A stretch of 64,000 nt of DNA, taken from contig CAWELD010000010.1 of the NCBI GenBank assembly GCA_963809895.1, positions 1,164,862 to 1,228,861 of the forward strand, written 5' to 3'. The DNA is from an uncultured Gemmatimonadales bacterium. Its GTDB lineage: Bacteria > Gemmatimonadota > Gemmatimonadetes > Longimicrobiales > Gaopeijiaceae. Both the position numbers and the translations under genes were made by a program. Below the pieces are notes generated by a model, which made no database searches, was not told the origin of the DNA, and was given only the letters and a program-made list of their open reading frames with translations. Below are positions 40,357 to 50,499 of this stretch, piece after piece; the stretch's first letter is position 1; each line of letters begins with the position of its first letter.

Positions 40357-41352
40357 ATGTATACCACCTGCATGTTCTGCAACCGCGACCTGGGCCGGAA
40401 CGAGGTCGTCGAGCATTTTCCCGTGGGGCGCCGCCTGGCGTTCGACGAGGCCAAGGGCCGCCTGTGGGTGGTGTGCCATCGCTGTGAGCGTTGGAACCTC
40501 ACCCCTCTGGAGGAGCGCTGGGAGGCGGTGGAGGAGTGCGAGCGGCTGTTCCGCAGCACGCGGCTGCGGGCCTCGACGGAGAACGTGGGGCTGGCCCGGC
40601 ATCCGGGGGGTGTGGAGCTGGTGCGCATCGGCCAGCCCCAGCGGCCGGAGTTCGCGGCCTGGCGCTACGGAGACCAGTTCGGGCGCCGTCGCAAGAAGGC
40701 CATGCTCTACGGCGCCGGTGCGCTGGTGGTGTTCGGCGGCGTCATGGTGGGGGGCGTGGCCACCGGCGTCTTCAGCGGGGCGTTCGTCGGCCAGTTCGGG
40801 AACTTCTTCAACCTGTGGAAGAACGGGCGCACACTGGTGCGTCTGCGGACCGACGACGGCGATGTGCTCAAGCTGAAGTACCCGGACCTGGCCAAGACCC
40901 GCTTCGTGGAGTCCGACGACGAGCGGGGGTGGGCGCTCAGGGTGAAGCGGGGCAAGAAGGAGACGGTCTTCGAGGGCGACCAGGCCCAGAAGGCTGCAGG
41001 GCTCATCCTGCCCAGGATCAACTCCGCGGGCGGTAGCCAGAAGCTCGTCCAGGAGGCGGTGTCCCACCTCGAAGAGCTGGGTCATCCGGAGGAGGTCATG
41101 CGCCAGGCCACCCACTTCCGGAAGCAGGGACGCCTGGGAGATCCGACGGGCACGCTGTCCAAGATGCCCAAGCCGACCCGGTTGGCGCTGGAGATGGCGC
41201 TCCACGAGGAGCAGGAGATGCGCGCGCTACACGGCGAGCTGTGGCGTCTGGAGCGCGCCTGGGAAGAAGCGGAGGAGATCGCGGCCATCGCCGACGGCCT
41301 CCTGCTCCCCGAAGATACCGAATCCTTCCTCGAGAAGCACCGCGAGGACTAG
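40357..41352 (+). CDS. Conserved hypothetical protein with N-terminal Zn-ribbon
   Basis: CMFC...CHRC pair, central TM, C-terminal LALEMALHEE helix; ATG at 40357. Confidence 0.7.
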   Translation: MYTTCMFCNRDLGRNEVVEHFPVGRRLAFDEAKGRLWVVCHRCERWNLTPLEERWEAVEECERLFRSTRLRASTENVGLARHPGGVELVRIGQPQRPEFAAWRYGDQFGRRRKKAMLYGAGALVVFGGVMVGGVATGVFSGAFVGQFGNFFNLWKNGRTLVRLRTDDGDVLKLKYPDLAKTRFVESDDERGWALRVKRGKKETVFEGDQAQKAAGLILPRINSAGGSQKLVQEAVSHLEELGHPEEVMRQATHFRKQGRLGDPTGTLSKMPKPTRLALEMALHEEQEMRALHGELWRLERAWEEAEEIAAIADGLLLPEDTESFLEKHRED

Positions 41353-41399
41353 CAGGTCGCGGAAGAAGGGGAGCGCCTCTGCCCGATGGTTCCGGTGGC

Positions 41400-41891
41400 T
41401 CAGGCCCCCACGTCGGCCTGCATGAACTGCACGCCCCCGCCGATCAGACCACCGGCGACGCCGTTTGCCACGCCCACCGCGAGGGGACCCGGCAGGCCCT
41501 CCATGAGCGCCCCCGCCCCGAGCGTCAGGCTCAGATAGAAGACCGCCGAACAGACCAGGAGCCCGTAGAGCGCTCCCGAGACCGCGGTGAGTCGCCAGTG
41601 CATGGCGTTGAAGAGGACCACGGCGCCGATGCCCAGGAAGGCGAAGGTGAGCAGGTGCAGCACGCTGAACGCCACCAGGTTTCCGGCGAACACCGCCATG
41701 GCCAGGGCCCCGTCGGGCATGGCCCCGGACATCTGGGTTCCGCCGGGTCCGAAGAAGGTCCGCCCGAGCGCGGTGGGCGTGGACAGCGGCGCCATGTGCA
41801 CCACGTCGCCGACGAAAAAGATGGCGGCTACCGCGATCCCACCCAGGATACCGGCCTCCGCGCCCCACGAGAGTCGCGCGCGCTCTGCCAT
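41400..41891 (-). CDS. Hypothetical membrane protein
   Basis: About 4 hydrophobic segments; directly downstream of the LuxR regulator. Confidence 0.65.
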   Translation of the reverse strand: MAERARLSWGAEAGILGGIAVAAIFFVGDVVHMAPLSTPTALGRTFFGPGGTQMSGAMPDGALAMAVFAGNLVAFSVLHLLTFAFLGIGAVVLFNAMHWRLTAVSGALYGLLVCSAVFYLSLTLGAGALMEGLPGPLAVGVANGVAGGLIGGGVQFMQADVGA

Positions 41892-41943
41892 GATCGGCCT
41901 CCGCAACGATGTGATCGCACCTCGGCCCGTCCGCCCGACGCCA

Positions 41944-44900
41944 TCATGCGCCGGCGCCCCCCGTCGGGTCAACCTCGTCGAGGGGCAGGCGGGCCTCGCG
42001 CACCATGTCCGCCAACTCGCCCCGGGATCCGATGTCGAGCTTGCGGTAGATGTTGCTCAGGTGGGTGGTGACGGTGCGCGGTGAGATGTCCAGCTCCCTG
42101 GCGATCGCTTTGCTGGACCTGCGGTCGGCCACCAGGCGCGCGATCTCCACCTCGCGGGGTGTGAGCTCGGCGGTGCCCTCGGCTTGCGACCGCGAAGGCG
42201 GGCGCGAGCCCAGGTTGCGGAACTGTTCGCGAGCCTTCTCCAGCTCCGGCGTGGCCCCCAGTTGCCCGAACACGTCGTGGACTCTCCGCAGCTCCGTCAG
42301 GGCCGCCTCACGCTCGCCCAGGTCGGCGAGGCAGCCGGCGAGCTGACGCCGGAGGCGGGCGGCGTCGGGGAGGATGGGGATCTCCTCCAGGCCCTCGGCG
42401 GCGGAGCGCATCAGCCCCGCCGCCTCGGCGGGTCGACCGGAATGCCACGCCACCAGGGCGTCACACGCGTCGGCCCAGGCGATGCCCAGGGTGTGGTTGA
42501 TCTGATCCGCCTCGCGGCGCATGCGCCTTCCGACCGCGTGCGCCTTGTCCATGTCCTCCAGGCGGATGGAGGCCTCGCCCAGGATCGGGAGCAGCCGATG
42601 AAGGATCCAGATCACGTATCCGCTCTGTTCGGCGAGCCTGAGCCCGGCCTCGGCCGTGCGCGCCGCGTCCTCGATGTCGCCGCGGAACATCTGTACCGCG
42701 GCCCGGCCGATGTGAGCCGGGACCACGGCATGCACGTCCATGGGCCCTTCATCGGCATGCTCGGCGCCGGACAGCTCCCAGGCGCGGTCCACCAGGTCCT
42801 GCGCACGTTCGTAGCTGCCCCTTCCCAGGTAGATCATGGCGGTCCACACCAGGAGCCGGACCAGCACCGTGCGCTGGTTGAGGGCGGTGGCCAGGCTGAT
42901 GCCCCGCTCGCCCTGAGCCAGGCCTCCCTCCCAGTCACCGGTGGCGTAGGCGTACTCCACCGACAGCTCGGCGACCCACAGCCGCAGCACGGGCGAGCCC
43001 AGATCTTCCGCGGCGCTGCGGGCTTCGTCGAGAAGCCGGGCCATGGACTCGGTATCGCCGGTGAGCCCTTCCAGCGCGGCCAGCGCCCAACGGCCCCAGA
43101 ACTCCACGTGGAGATCCCCCGACTCGCGGGCGAGGGTGACCGCCTTCCAGCCGTGCTTGCGGGCGCGCTCGGGCTGGCCGATCCAGGTGAAGAGGAGTGC
43201 CAGGGCCCGGTGGACCCGTCCCAGAAGCATGGGCTCGTCCAGCGCTTCGGCCAGCTCCAGGGCGCCTTCGATCCGCTGGAGCGCGTCATCGGGCCGTCCC
43301 AGCTCCTGGAACGCCACACCGGCGGCCAGTTGGAGACGGGCCTCCAGCGCGGGTCCGCCCGTGCCCAGCGCTCTCAGTGCCTCGTCGAACTCGCGGATGG
43401 CCCCCTCGTGTCGCCCGGACCAGAACTCCAGGAGCGCCAGGTGGCGATGGGCCTGCGCCAGGGGGGCGCCGCCGTCCTCCCGGCGTGCCGCCAGGACCGA
43501 GCGCCACAGCTCTCCGGCCTGGTCGTAGTGACCCAGGCGTGAGTGCGCCCGGGCCAGATCGATGCGGATGGCCTCGACCCCGGGGACGTCATCCGGGCGT
43601 CCGTGACCGTCGTCGGCTCCATCACCGGGGAGCCGGGCCAGGGCGGCCTCCAGATAGTCCGCGGCCTCACGGTCGGCATGCCGCTCCAGGGCCGAGCGAC
43701 CGGCCGCCACCAGGTAGCGCGCGGCCCGCGGCTCCTCCTGGGGCTCGCCGGCGTGCGTGAACTGGTAGGCCAGCTCGTCGGCGTGCTCCAGCGCCGCATC
43801 GCCGTAGAGTCGCTCCATCTCCTCGGCGACCCGGCGATGCAGGTGGCGGAGGCGCGTGAGACTCAGCCGCTGGTAGAGGGTCTCGCGCACCAGGGGGTGG
43901 CGGAACTCCAGATAGAGGGATCCCTCCTCGTCACGCTCGTCCAGGAGCCCGGACGCCACCAGCGCCTCCACGGCGTCGGTGAAGGAATCCCCCGAGAGAT
44001 CGGTGCATCGCTCCAGCAGCGACAGTCGCGCCCGCGTGCCCACCACCGCCAGGCCCTCGGCGAGGCCCACGGCGGCGTCGGACAGGCCGCTCAACCGCAG
44101 GATCACGGCGTCGCGCACCGTCCCGGGCAGCTCCAGCTCGCGGGCCTCCCACCCCAGCCATGCACCATCGCGCCGGAAGAGCCGGCCCGATTCCACCAGC
44201 GCGTCCAGCGTCTGCTCGATGAAGTAGGGGTTGCCGCGAGTCCACCCGTAGAGCAGCGACGCGAACTCCCGCACGTGGGGACCCGACACCTCGAACGACT
44301 GCTCGAGGAGCGACTCGGTGCCGTGACGGGTCAGCGGGTGCAGCGGATGGAGGCGGAGGTTGCGGAGCGCCACCAGGGAGCGCTCCATGCGGAGCAGCCG
44401 GTCGTTCCCCTGACGGTAGTCGGTGTTGTAGGTGCCCAGGACCCGGATGGGCTCGCCCTCGATCTGGCGGGTCACGAAATGGAGCAGGGCCAGCGACGAC
44501 GCGTCGGCCCAGTGCAGATCTTCCAGGATCAGGAGAAGCGGAGCCCGACCGGCGAGGTTCTTGAGGAACTCCGTCAGATTCCAGAACAAGCGGGTACGCA
44601 GCTCCCGTGGGTCGGCGCCGGCGTGGGCCGGCTTCTCGACGGGGCCGAGGGCCGGGAACAGGCGGCGTAGCTCGTCTTCGGTGCCCCGGGTGAGAACGGT
44701 GAGGGTGGCATCGTCCATGCCTCGCACCACCGGCAGGAGAGCGTCGGACATGAGCGCGTAGGGCACGCCCGTCTCCACCGGGTAGGCGCGGCCGGCGGCC
44801 ACCGCCCATCCCCGACGCTCCGCCTCGTGGGCCAGGGTCCGGGCGAGCCTGGACTTGCCGACGCCGGTCTCGCCGGTGAGCACCACGAAGGGCTCCACCA

Positions 44901-45000
44901 CCCGCTCGTCGCCGAACAGGGTGTAGAGGCTCTCCAGATCGTCGCGCCGTCCCACCAGGGGAAGCTCCCGGGGGAGTCCGGAGGAGTGGCGATCGCTCAT
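41944..45000 (-). CDS. AAA-ATPase/TPR/LuxR-HTH regulator (LAL/MalT-like)
   Basis: LVGR, GETGVGKSRL, LILEDLHWAD, TRGNPYFI, FRHPLVRE, LTPREVEIA...TVTTHLSNIYRKL. Confidence 0.92.
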   Translation of the reverse strand: MSDRHSSGLPRELPLVGRRDDLESLYTLFGDERVVEPFVVLTGETGVGKSRLARTLAHEAERRGWAVAAGRAYPVETGVPYALMSDALLPVVRGMDDATLTVLTRGTEDELRRLFPALGPVEKPAHAGADPRELRTRLFWNLTEFLKNLAGRAPLLLILEDLHWADASSLALLHFVTRQIEGEPIRVLGTYNTDYRQGNDRLLRMERSLVALRNLRLHPLHPLTRHGTESLLEQSFEVSGPHVREFASLLYGWTRGNPYFIEQTLDALVESGRLFRRDGAWLGWEARELELPGTVRDAVILRLSGLSDAAVGLAEGLAVVGTRARLSLLERCTDLSGDSFTDAVEALVASGLLDERDEEGSLYLEFRHPLVRETLYQRLSLTRLRHLHRRVAEEMERLYGDAALEHADELAYQFTHAGEPQEEPRAARYLVAAGRSALERHADREAADYLEAALARLPGDGADDGHGRPDDVPGVEAIRIDLARAHSRLGHYDQAGELWRSVLAARREDGGAPLAQAHRHLALLEFWSGRHEGAIREFDEALRALGTGGPALEARLQLAAGVAFQELGRPDDALQRIEGALELAEALDEPMLLGRVHRALALLFTWIGQPERARKHGWKAVTLARESGDLHVEFWGRWALAALEGLTGDTESMARLLDEARSAAEDLGSPVLRLWVAELSVEYAYATGDWEGGLAQGERGISLATALNQRTVLVRLLVWTAMIYLGRGSYERAQDLVDRAWELSGAEHADEGPMDVHAVVPAHIGRAAVQMFRGDIEDAARTAEAGLRLAEQSGYVIWILHRLLPILGEASIRLEDMDKAHAVGRRMRREADQINHTLGIAWADACDALVAWHSGRPAEAAGLMRSAAEGLEEIPILPDAARLRRQLAGCLADLGEREAALTELRRVHDVFGQLGATPELEKAREQFRNLGSRPPSRSQAEGTAELTPREVEIARLVADRRSSKAIARELDISPRTVTTHLSNIYRKLDIGSRGELADMVREARLPLDEVDPTGGAGA

Positions 45001-45074
45001 GGTGTCGTGGCTCCGCTCGGGCTGCGTCGTCGAATGTCACAACCGAAGGTCGTGTCTCGCCCAGCCGGCCGAAC

Positions 45075-45101
45075 TACGTACGGATACGTAGGGACTACGT
45101 A
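45075..45101. promoter_or_regulatory. Three phased TACGTA boxes upstream of the LuxR regulator
   Basis: TACGTA at 45075, 45085, 45096 (spacing 10 and 11 bp). Confidence 0.5.
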
Positions 45102-45107
45102 GGAGCG

Positions 45108-46076
45108 CTACACGCCCTCGAAGAGCGGCGTCGTGATGTAGCGCTCGGCGAAGGAGGGGATGATCACCACGATCGTCTTGCCCTCCATCTCGTCGCGTGC
45201 CGCCACCTCGTAGGCGGCGACCAGCGCCGCGCCGGAAGAGATGCCGCAGGGGATCCCGTCGAGACGCGCCACCTCGCGCGCCGTGGCGAAGGCGTCTTCG
45301 TTCACCACCGCGATGACCTCGTCGATCATGTCGGTGTTGAGCACCTCGGGCACGAAGCCGGCGCCGATCCCCTGGATCATGTTGCCGGGCCCGGGCTCAC
45401 CGCCGGACAGCACCGGGCTGGTGGCCGGCTCCACCGCCACCACGTGAAGCCCCGGTCGGCGCGGCTTCAGGACCTCGGCGCAGCCCGTGAGCGTGCCCCC
45501 GGTGCCGACCCCGGACACGAGCACGTCGACCTCGCCCCCGGTGTCGTTCCAGATCTCCTCGGCGGTGGTACGCCGGTGCACGTCCGGGTTGGCGGGGTTC
45601 TCGAACTGCATGGGCTGCACCGAGCCGGGGATCTCCTCCAGGAGTCGCTCCGCCGCGTTCAGGGCGCCGTTGATGCCTTCCTCCTTGGGCGTGAGCACCA
45701 GCTCCGCCCCCATGAGCCGCATCATCTTCTGGCGCTCGATGGACATGGTCTCGGGCATGGTGAGCACGCAGCGGAGCCCCTTGGCCGCGCACACGAAGGC
45801 CAGGGCGATGCCCGTGTTGCCCGAGGTGGGCTCCACGATGGTGGTGTCGGGTCCGATGCGTCCGTCCCGCTCCAGGGCCTCGATCATGGCCACGCCGATG
45901 CGGTCTTTCACGCTGGCCAGCGGGTTGAAGAACTCCAGCTTGAGGAGCACGTCGGCCCTGGCGCCGCGCGCGGCGCTCAGCCTCGGTGCCCGCACCAGCG
46001 GGGTGTCGCCGAAGGTCTCGGTGATGCTGTCGTAGATGCGGCCGCGGCCGCGCTGGGTCCCGCGCTTGTCACTCAT
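45108..46076 (-). CDS. cysK: Cysteine synthase A
   Basis: [52 protein letters not shown]. Confidence 0.95.
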   Translation of the reverse strand: MSDKRGTQRGRGRIYDSITETFGDTPLVRAPRLSAARGARADVLLKLEFFNPLASVKDRIGVAMIEALERDGRIGPDTTIVEPTSGNTGIALAFVCAAKGLRCVLTMPETMSIERQKMMRLMGAELVLTPKEEGINGALNAAERLLEEIPGSVQPMQFENPANPDVHRRTTAEEIWNDTGGEVDVLVSGVGTGGTLTGCAEVLKPRRPGLHVVAVEPATSPVLSGGEPGPGNMIQGIGAGFVPEVLNTDMIDEVIAVVNEDAFATAREVARLDGIPCGISSGAALVAAYEVAARDEMEGKTIVVIIPSFAERYITTPLFEGV

Positions 46077-46109
46077 GGTGTCCCCCTCGTGGAGGGTGTG
46101 TTGGGGGGT

Positions 46110-47909
46110 TCAGCTTCCATCCGCTCGTTGCTGCTCCTGCACCCAGGCTTCGATGTTGTCGCCCAGCATGGGCAGGCTCACCGCGCCGTCGGCCAGGACG
46201 CGATCGTGGAAGGCCTTGATGTCGAAGGCCTCGCCCAGTCGCTGCTCGGCGTCGCTCCTGAGGCGCTGGATCTCCAGGCTGCCCAGCATGTAGCTGGTGG
46301 CCTGACCGGGCACCGCGATGTAACGGTCGATCTCGCCGGCCACGCTGTTGGCGCCCTCGGCCGTGTGCTCCAGCATGTACTCGATGGCCTGCTGGCGGGT
46401 CCACCCCAGCGCGTGCATCCCCGGATCCACCACCAGCCGGGCCGCCCTGAGCGCCGCGTTGGACAGGCGTCCCATGCGGTCCACGTCGCTGGTGTAGAGC
46501 CCCATCTCTTCGGCCAGTGCCTCGCTGTAGAGCCCCCAGCCCTCGGCCATGCCGGCGCTGTAGAAGTACTGGAGCAGCGGGTGCAGCCCGCTCCGGGCCA
46601 AAGCCACCGACATCTGCAGGTGGTGCCCTGGATAGGTCTCGTGATAGGCCGTGGACTCCATGCCGGCGCGGCTGATGGTCTCGGGCAGGTAGGTACCCAG
46701 CTCGTAGGTGCCGGGCCGGCTGCCGTCCTGGGCGCCGGCGGAGTAGAAGCCGCCGCCGGACTGCTTCTGGAAGGCCGGGAACGGCTTGACGATCACCTCG
46801 GCGTCGGGCACGAAGCCGAACCAGTCGGGCACGGCGGCCTTGCCTCGCTCCACCGCGGCCCGGGCGTAGGCCAGCACGTCGTCGGCGGTGCGGAAGGTGT
46901 AGGCGGTGTCGGTGCGGAGCCGCTCCAGCACGGCGTGCACGTCGTCGGTGCCGAAGCTCCGTCGCGCGATCTCCGTCATCTCGGCTTCGATGCGCTCCAT
47001 CTGCCGGAGGCCCGCCTGATGGATCTCGTCCGGCGTGGGCGAGAGCGAGGACCAGAAGGTCACCGAGGCCCGGTAGCAGTCCTGGCCGCCGGGGTTGGCG
47101 CTCACGCCCACTTCGGTGCGGGCCGCGGCGCGGTATTCGTCGCGCAGGTAGTCGCGGTAGCTGGTGATGGCGGGCCGGATCTCGTCACGGACGATCGTCG
47201 CCACCTGCTCGGCGAACTCCGGGTCACCGTCGCGGGCCGCCGGGTTGTAGAAGGGGGAGTCCTCGACGGGAGCCTCCAGCATGCCATCGACCTGCCCCAG
47301 GACCGCGTCCACCCCGCTCTGCGGCGCCGTGTACCCCTGGCGTACGCCTTCCCGGAGGTTGGCGACGAGGGTGTTCAGGTACCGTGGCACGTCGTGGAGG
47401 CGGGCCAGGGCGTCGGCCCGGGTCTCGGCGTCACCCACGGGCTGCACCGCGAAGGTGGAGGGCAGCATGCTCTGCCATCCTGTCCAGGTGGGGCTCACGT
47501 TCCAGAGCTCCATCCTGCACACCCGGCGCGCGGTGGCGGCCTCCAGGCGCTGCACGAGGAAGGTGTAGGGGATCCACGCATCGGTGCCCCGGACGGCTTC
47601 GGCGTCGAGACCGCGGAGCTCGGCCAGCCAGGCGTCTTCGCGGGCTTCCCAGGCGGCGATGGCCTCGACGCTGCGGTCGCCGAGACGGTCCCAGGGCGTG
47701 TCGGGGTACCCGATCTCGAAGGCTTCTTCCGGGAACTGGTGGTAGTAGGCGTCCGAGTACTCGCGGGCGATGGCATCGGCGCGGGCGGCGGGATCCGTGG
47801 CGGCCATGTCACCTCCAGGCGCGGTGTCTCCGCCGCAGGCCGCGGCGAAGACGGTGCAGGCGATGAGGAGTGCGGAGGCGCCGCGGCCGGCTCGGGACGC
47901 TCGGGTCAT
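46110..47909 (-). CDS. DUF885 family lipoprotein (HExxPGHH)
   Basis: Lipobox FAAAC; YHETYPGHHLQ, EGWGLYSE, RAARLVVD.GMH, EIDRY...PGQATSY. Confidence 0.9.
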   Translation of the reverse strand: MTRASRAGRGASALLIACTVFAAACGGDTAPGGDMAATDPAARADAIAREYSDAYYHQFPEEAFEIGYPDTPWDRLGDRSVEAIAAWEAREDAWLAELRGLDAEAVRGTDAWIPYTFLVQRLEAATARRVCRMELWNVSPTWTGWQSMLPSTFAVQPVGDAETRADALARLHDVPRYLNTLVANLREGVRQGYTAPQSGVDAVLGQVDGMLEAPVEDSPFYNPAARDGDPEFAEQVATIVRDEIRPAITSYRDYLRDEYRAAARTEVGVSANPGGQDCYRASVTFWSSLSPTPDEIHQAGLRQMERIEAEMTEIARRSFGTDDVHAVLERLRTDTAYTFRTADDVLAYARAAVERGKAAVPDWFGFVPDAEVIVKPFPAFQKQSGGGFYSAGAQDGSRPGTYELGTYLPETISRAGMESTAYHETYPGHHLQMSVALARSGLHPLLQYFYSAGMAEGWGLYSEALAEEMGLYTSDVDRMGRLSNAALRAARLVVDPGMHALGWTRQQAIEYMLEHTAEGANSVAGEIDRYIAVPGQATSYMLGSLEIQRLRSDAEQRLGEAFDIKAFHDRVLADGAVSLPMLGDNIEAWVQEQQRADGS

Positions 47910-48005
47910 GGGATCTCCTGGACGGGCAGGTGGGGGGCGACCTTCGTGCCTTCTCTCGCGGGCAAAGTGGGGCCCGACCCTCGGGCACACCACCGGGGGC
48001 GCGGG

Positions 48006-50354
48006 TCAGAGCGTGCCGGCCGCGCTCCGGGCCGCCGCGACGGCCACCTGACCGAAGGCGATCCCCCCGTCGTTGGGCGGAAGCCGGCCGGGCACCAGCA
48101 CCTCGATGCCGCCCTCGCCCAGGAGCGTCGCCGTGCGCTCCAGCAGGAGCACGTTCTGGAAGACGCCGCCGGACAGGACGGCGGTGGTGAGACCCTCGGT
48201 CCGTGCGATGCGGAGCACCGCGTCGGCCGTGGCCCGCGCCAGGCTTTCGTGGAATCGCAGGCCAATGCGGCCGGGCAGGGTGCCTTTCGCGATGTCGTCC
48301 AGGATGGCGCGGATCGTCTCCCGGGGATCCAGCACCAGGCCGTCGGGGGATTCCTCGACGGGGAGCGGATAGGGATCCGGCTCCGAGCCGCCTCTCTCCG
48401 CATCGAGCGATTCCGCCGCCGCCATCTCCAGCTCGATGGCGGCCTGGCCCTCGTAGCGGATCTCGGCCCGGACACCCGCCAGGGCGGCCACGCCATCGAA
48501 GAGCCGTCCCGCGCTGGAGGTCACGGGAGAGCGGACGCCGGCCCGGCGCACGGCGGCCACGGCCTGCCAGCGCTCGGGATCCACGGAGTCGGACAGGGTC
48601 GCGGGGATCTCCGACACCTCCTGACCCAGGCTCTCCACCAGCCAGGTGAGCGCCATGCGCCAGGGCTGGCGGATGGCCTGGGCGCCGCCGGGCATGGGCA
48701 CGGGACGGATCCACCCCCGCCGGCGGAAGTCCAGCAGGTCGCCCACCAGGATCTCCCCGCCCCAGATGGTGCCGTCGGTGCCGAGCCCGGTGCCGTCGAA
48801 GATGGCGCCCACCGCCGGGCCCGGGTGGCCGTGCTCGGCCAGACAGGCGGCCAGGTGCGCATGATGGTGCTGGATTCCCAGTGGCGGGAGCTCCGCGCGC
48901 TCATCCAGAGCGTACTTCGTCGACAGGTAGTCGGGATGGAGGTCGTGGACCACCAGCTCCGGCTCCACGTCGAAGAGGCGCTGGAAGTGCTCCACGCCTT
49001 CGGTGAACGAGCGCAGGGTCTCGTAGTTCTCCAGGTCGCCGATGTGGTGTCCCATCCAGGCTCGCCTTCCGCGCGCCACGCAGAAGGTGTTCTTGAGCTC
49101 GGCGCCGCAGGCCAGGAGCGGCGGCGCGTTCATGGGGAGCTCGATGGGAACCGGCACCCACCCCCGGCTGCGGCGAAGCATCATGGGCTGGCGCCGGCCG
49201 GCCACGCGCACGACCCGGACCACCGAGTCGTCGGTGCGGGTCTCGATGGGCCGGTCGTGCACCAGAAACAGGTCGGCGATCTCGGCGAGGCGCGTGAGCG
49301 CGTCGTCGTCCCGGAATGCGATGGGCTCGTCGGAGACGTTGCCGCTGGTCATCACGAGCGGCGTGCCCACGTCGCGCAGCAGAAGGTGGTGGAGCGGCGT
49401 GTAGGGCAGCATGAGCCCGAGATCGCGGTGGCCGGGAGCGACGGCGGCGGCGACCGCCGCCTCGGGCAGGCGAGGCGCCAGCACGATCGGTCGCTGGCGG
49501 GACTCCAGGAGCGCGGCCTCTTCGGGTCCGAGCTCTGCCAGCGTCTCGGCGGTGGCCCGGTCCGGCACCATGAGCGCGAAGGGCTTGTCCTCGCGGTGCT
49601 TGCGGGCCCGCAACGTCGCGACCGTGCCCTCGTCGTCGGCGCGGCACGCCAGGTGGTATCCCCCCAGACCCTTCACGGCGAGGATCGCCCCGCCGGTGAG
49701 GACGCGGGCGGCCTGGCGGACCACGTCGCCGGCACCATCCCCAGCCGGGACCGGCACCCCGGCGGCATCGAGGAGCGTCACGCGGGGGCCGCACACCGGG
49801 CAGGCGTTGGGCTGCGCGTGGAAGCGGCGGTTGGCCGGGTCCTCGTACTCGGCCCGGCAGCGCTCGCACATCTCGAAGCCGGCCATGGTGGTGAGGGGCC
49901 GGTCGTAGGGCACGTCGCGCACGATGGTGAAGCGGGGTCCGCAGTTGGTGCAGTTGATGAAGGGATAGCGGTAGCGCCGGTCGGCCGGGTCGAAGAGCTC
50001 GCGCAGGCAGTCGTCGCAGGTGGCGGTGTCGGGGCCCACGAGGACGTCGGAGCGCGGGGCGGCACCGCTGCGGGCGATGTGGAATCCCCCGTCGGATTCC
50101 GTGGAAACGTCCCGCACCTGGACCTCGTCCACGCGGGCGAGGGGCGGCGCGTCATCCTTCACGCGGCGCACCATGTCGCGCAGCGCGTCTTCGGCCCCCT
50201 GGACCTCGATCTCCACCCCGCGGGCGTCGTTGCGGACCCATCCCACGAGGGCCAGCTCAGTGGCCAGCCGGTAGACGTGGGGGCGAAACCCGACGCCCTG
50301 CACGATGCCGATGACGCGGATGTTGATGCGTCGGGGGGATGGGGTGGCGGTCAT
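48006..50354 (-). CDS. hypF: Carbamoyltransferase HypF
   Basis: GIVQGVGFRP acylphosphatase, two zinc fingers (NCTNCGPRF, HAQPNACPVCGP), KGLGGYHL, HDLHPDY, QHHHAH, DGTGLG, NDGGIAFGQ. Confidence 0.96.
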   Translation of the reverse strand: MTATPSPRRINIRVIGIVQGVGFRPHVYRLATELALVGWVRNDARGVEIEVQGAEDALRDMVRRVKDDAPPLARVDEVQVRDVSTESDGGFHIARSGAAPRSDVLVGPDTATCDDCLRELFDPADRRYRYPFINCTNCGPRFTIVRDVPYDRPLTTMAGFEMCERCRAEYEDPANRRFHAQPNACPVCGPRVTLLDAAGVPVPAGDGAGDVVRQAARVLTGGAILAVKGLGGYHLACRADDEGTVATLRARKHREDKPFALMVPDRATAETLAELGPEEAALLESRQRPIVLAPRLPEAAVAAAVAPGHRDLGLMLPYTPLHHLLLRDVGTPLVMTSGNVSDEPIAFRDDDALTRLAEIADLFLVHDRPIETRTDDSVVRVVRVAGRRQPMMLRRSRGWVPVPIELPMNAPPLLACGAELKNTFCVARGRRAWMGHHIGDLENYETLRSFTEGVEHFQRLFDVEPELVVHDLHPDYLSTKYALDERAELPPLGIQHHHAHLAACLAEHGHPGPAVGAIFDGTGLGTDGTIWGGEILVGDLLDFRRRGWIRPVPMPGGAQAIRQPWRMALTWLVESLGQEVSEIPATLSDSVDPERWQAVAAVRRAGVRSPVTSSAGRLFDGVAALAGVRAEIRYEGQAAIELEMAAAESLDAERGGSEPDPYPLPVEESPDGLVLDPRETIRAILDDIAKGTLPGRIGLRFHESLARATADAVLRIARTEGLTTAVLSGGVFQNVLLLERTATLLGEGGIEVLVPGRLPPNDGGIAFGQVAVAAARSAAGTL

Positions 50355-50499
50355 GCAGCAAGCTAGCCGGAGGCGGGAGCGGGGCGCGAGGCGGGGGGAC
50401 GGTTGCCCCTCCGACTCATCCGGAGCACCTTGCGCGGTCCCTTCCTGCAGGAGCGGAAGTGGGCATCTCGCCGCCCACGCACCTGGACCGGAGCGACAC

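Noticed and set aside
45444..50366. 1640-aa plus-strand ORF
   Set aside because: It is the antisense shadow of cysK, DUF885 and hypF in high-GC DNA and has no motifs
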